A stretch of 64,000 nucleotides of DNA from positions 35,652,001 to 35,716,000 of the forward strand of contig NC_087447.1 of the NCBI RefSeq assembly GCF_036321535.1. Reading direction: 5' to 3'. Below are positions 62,791-64,000 of the stretch, piece after piece. The stretch comes from Camelus dromedarius. Its lineage: Eukaryota. The translations under genes and the position numbers were made by a program. Each line of letters opens with the position of its first letter. Positions within the stretch are counted from its first letter, which is position 1. The notes under the pieces are model-generated. The model was not told where the DNA came from. It worked only from the letters and a program-made list of their open reading frames with translations, and ran no database searches.

Positions 62791-64000
62791 GCAAGACTGA
62801 AACACAAACATTGATGTTTTTGACACATGGGACTGTTTTGTCCTTCCCTCTGAACAGACCCATTTTCCTTGTGCACATGAAACATTTCCATCTGGTTTCT
62901 GAGGGGTGAGTCCTCATCCCACTATGTCTATGTGAAGTCTAAAAGATTGCATTGACTTAGCTGACTTAAAATCTCAAGCTCATTGGGTTTATCACCCGAC
63001 TTGGATCTCTACAACAAAAGTCACTGCGTTATTCACCAGTCCCTCCTCCCAGGATGCAGCTTGGAAAAAGTGGGTAGCATCCCGACACTGCGCTCTTTCT
63101 ACATCATACCAGGAGATGCTACACCAGTTTGATCTAGCCATCTTTCTTCCTCTTCCTCCATTTTCAATTTTTGGTAGGTTGGTGTCAGATAAGGAAATTC
63201 TTGGTGTGGACTTCAAAACATTATATGCCTAGAGAGTTTTAGATGGAGTTCTTAAGTTGAGAGTAATAGGATTTTAAGGTCAGTCCTGTAGATTATGCTC
63301 TCAGAGGCAGGAGGCAAGTGTAGATACCTAAGATGCCACTTCCACTACAGCCCCTCAACACAGGGATTTGGGATGGGTCCTGGAGGGAGGTGTTCTCTCT
63401 TCTTGTCTGCTGACTATTCTGTGTCCATTTTAAGGATGAGGACTAGACTGTCAGGGGTGTGGCATGTGAAAGAGATGGGACTGGGGAGTCAGGGTGTGAT
63501 AAAGTGGCTGATGTGTGGACGCCATGCCCTATCACTCTGGTGTATGGATTTGAGGCCTCACACAGGGCTAGAACACCTCTAGGAGCCCCACCTAGTTCCT
63601 CTCTATGAACCCTCTGCCCTTTCCCTCCTCTGAGTTCTCGCTTCTCTCTCCTCTCAGGCCCTGGTTCTCTCTGCCACCTCTTCCCTCACCCAGGCAGGGA
63701 GGGGGCCAGCTCAGGGCCCTATGACTCAGGCACAGGGTGGGGGAGAATGTTTTGGATGCCGCTCTGCTGACGCTGGTGCCCTCTGTTCTTACATCCTCCT
63801 TAATTTACTGCCTGAGGAGGGGGCCAGGGCTCTGGAGAGGGGATTAGATGGTCCACACTGATCTGAGGCAACAGCTGCTGGGCTGGCGGCCGAGGAGCGA
63901 GGAGTGAGCAGGAGGTGGGGGAGGCTCATGCCTCCACCAGGCCGGAAAGGGACTAGGCGGGCATCTGGATGGGGCCCCTAGATGAGGTTGGCTCTGGAAG

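Noticed and set aside
62935..63232. About 97-codon stop-free plus frame (DLADLKSQAHWVYH...)
   Set aside because: No initiating ATG at its start and no recognisable homology; within chance expectation.

Overview
Mammalian genomic DNA, most likely camelid (judged from tRNA-derived vic-1-like SINEs and artiodactyl L1 3' ends), covering the MYOD1-KCNC1 locus with both genes on the minus strand. It contains the complete three-exon MYOD1 gene (CDS 35979-35350, 34870-34792, 34523-34273; 319 aa) with its proximal promoter, distal regulatory region (DRR, about -4.8 kb) and core enhancer (about -16 kb). There is an orphan CpG island at about -20 kb. About 10.6 kb downstream of MYOD1 lie the CpG-island promoter and first coding exon of KCNC1 (Kv3.1; 21678-21109), followed by 21 kb of intron 1. 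The remainder is L1, L2, MIR, MLT1 and hAT relics plus simple repeats; repeat boundaries and family names are by eye and approximate. I see no prokaryotic-type system, no CRISPR array and no new protein-coding gene. The best leads are regulatory: an overlapping uORF pair at the KCNC1 start codon; back-to-back REST half-sites in the KCNC1 5'UTR; recurrence of the core-enhancer CAGCTTAAAA word across the MYOD1 upstream region; the E-box/Pitx-rich orphan CpG island; and a local duplication inserted into an L2 that carries a near-RE1 motif.
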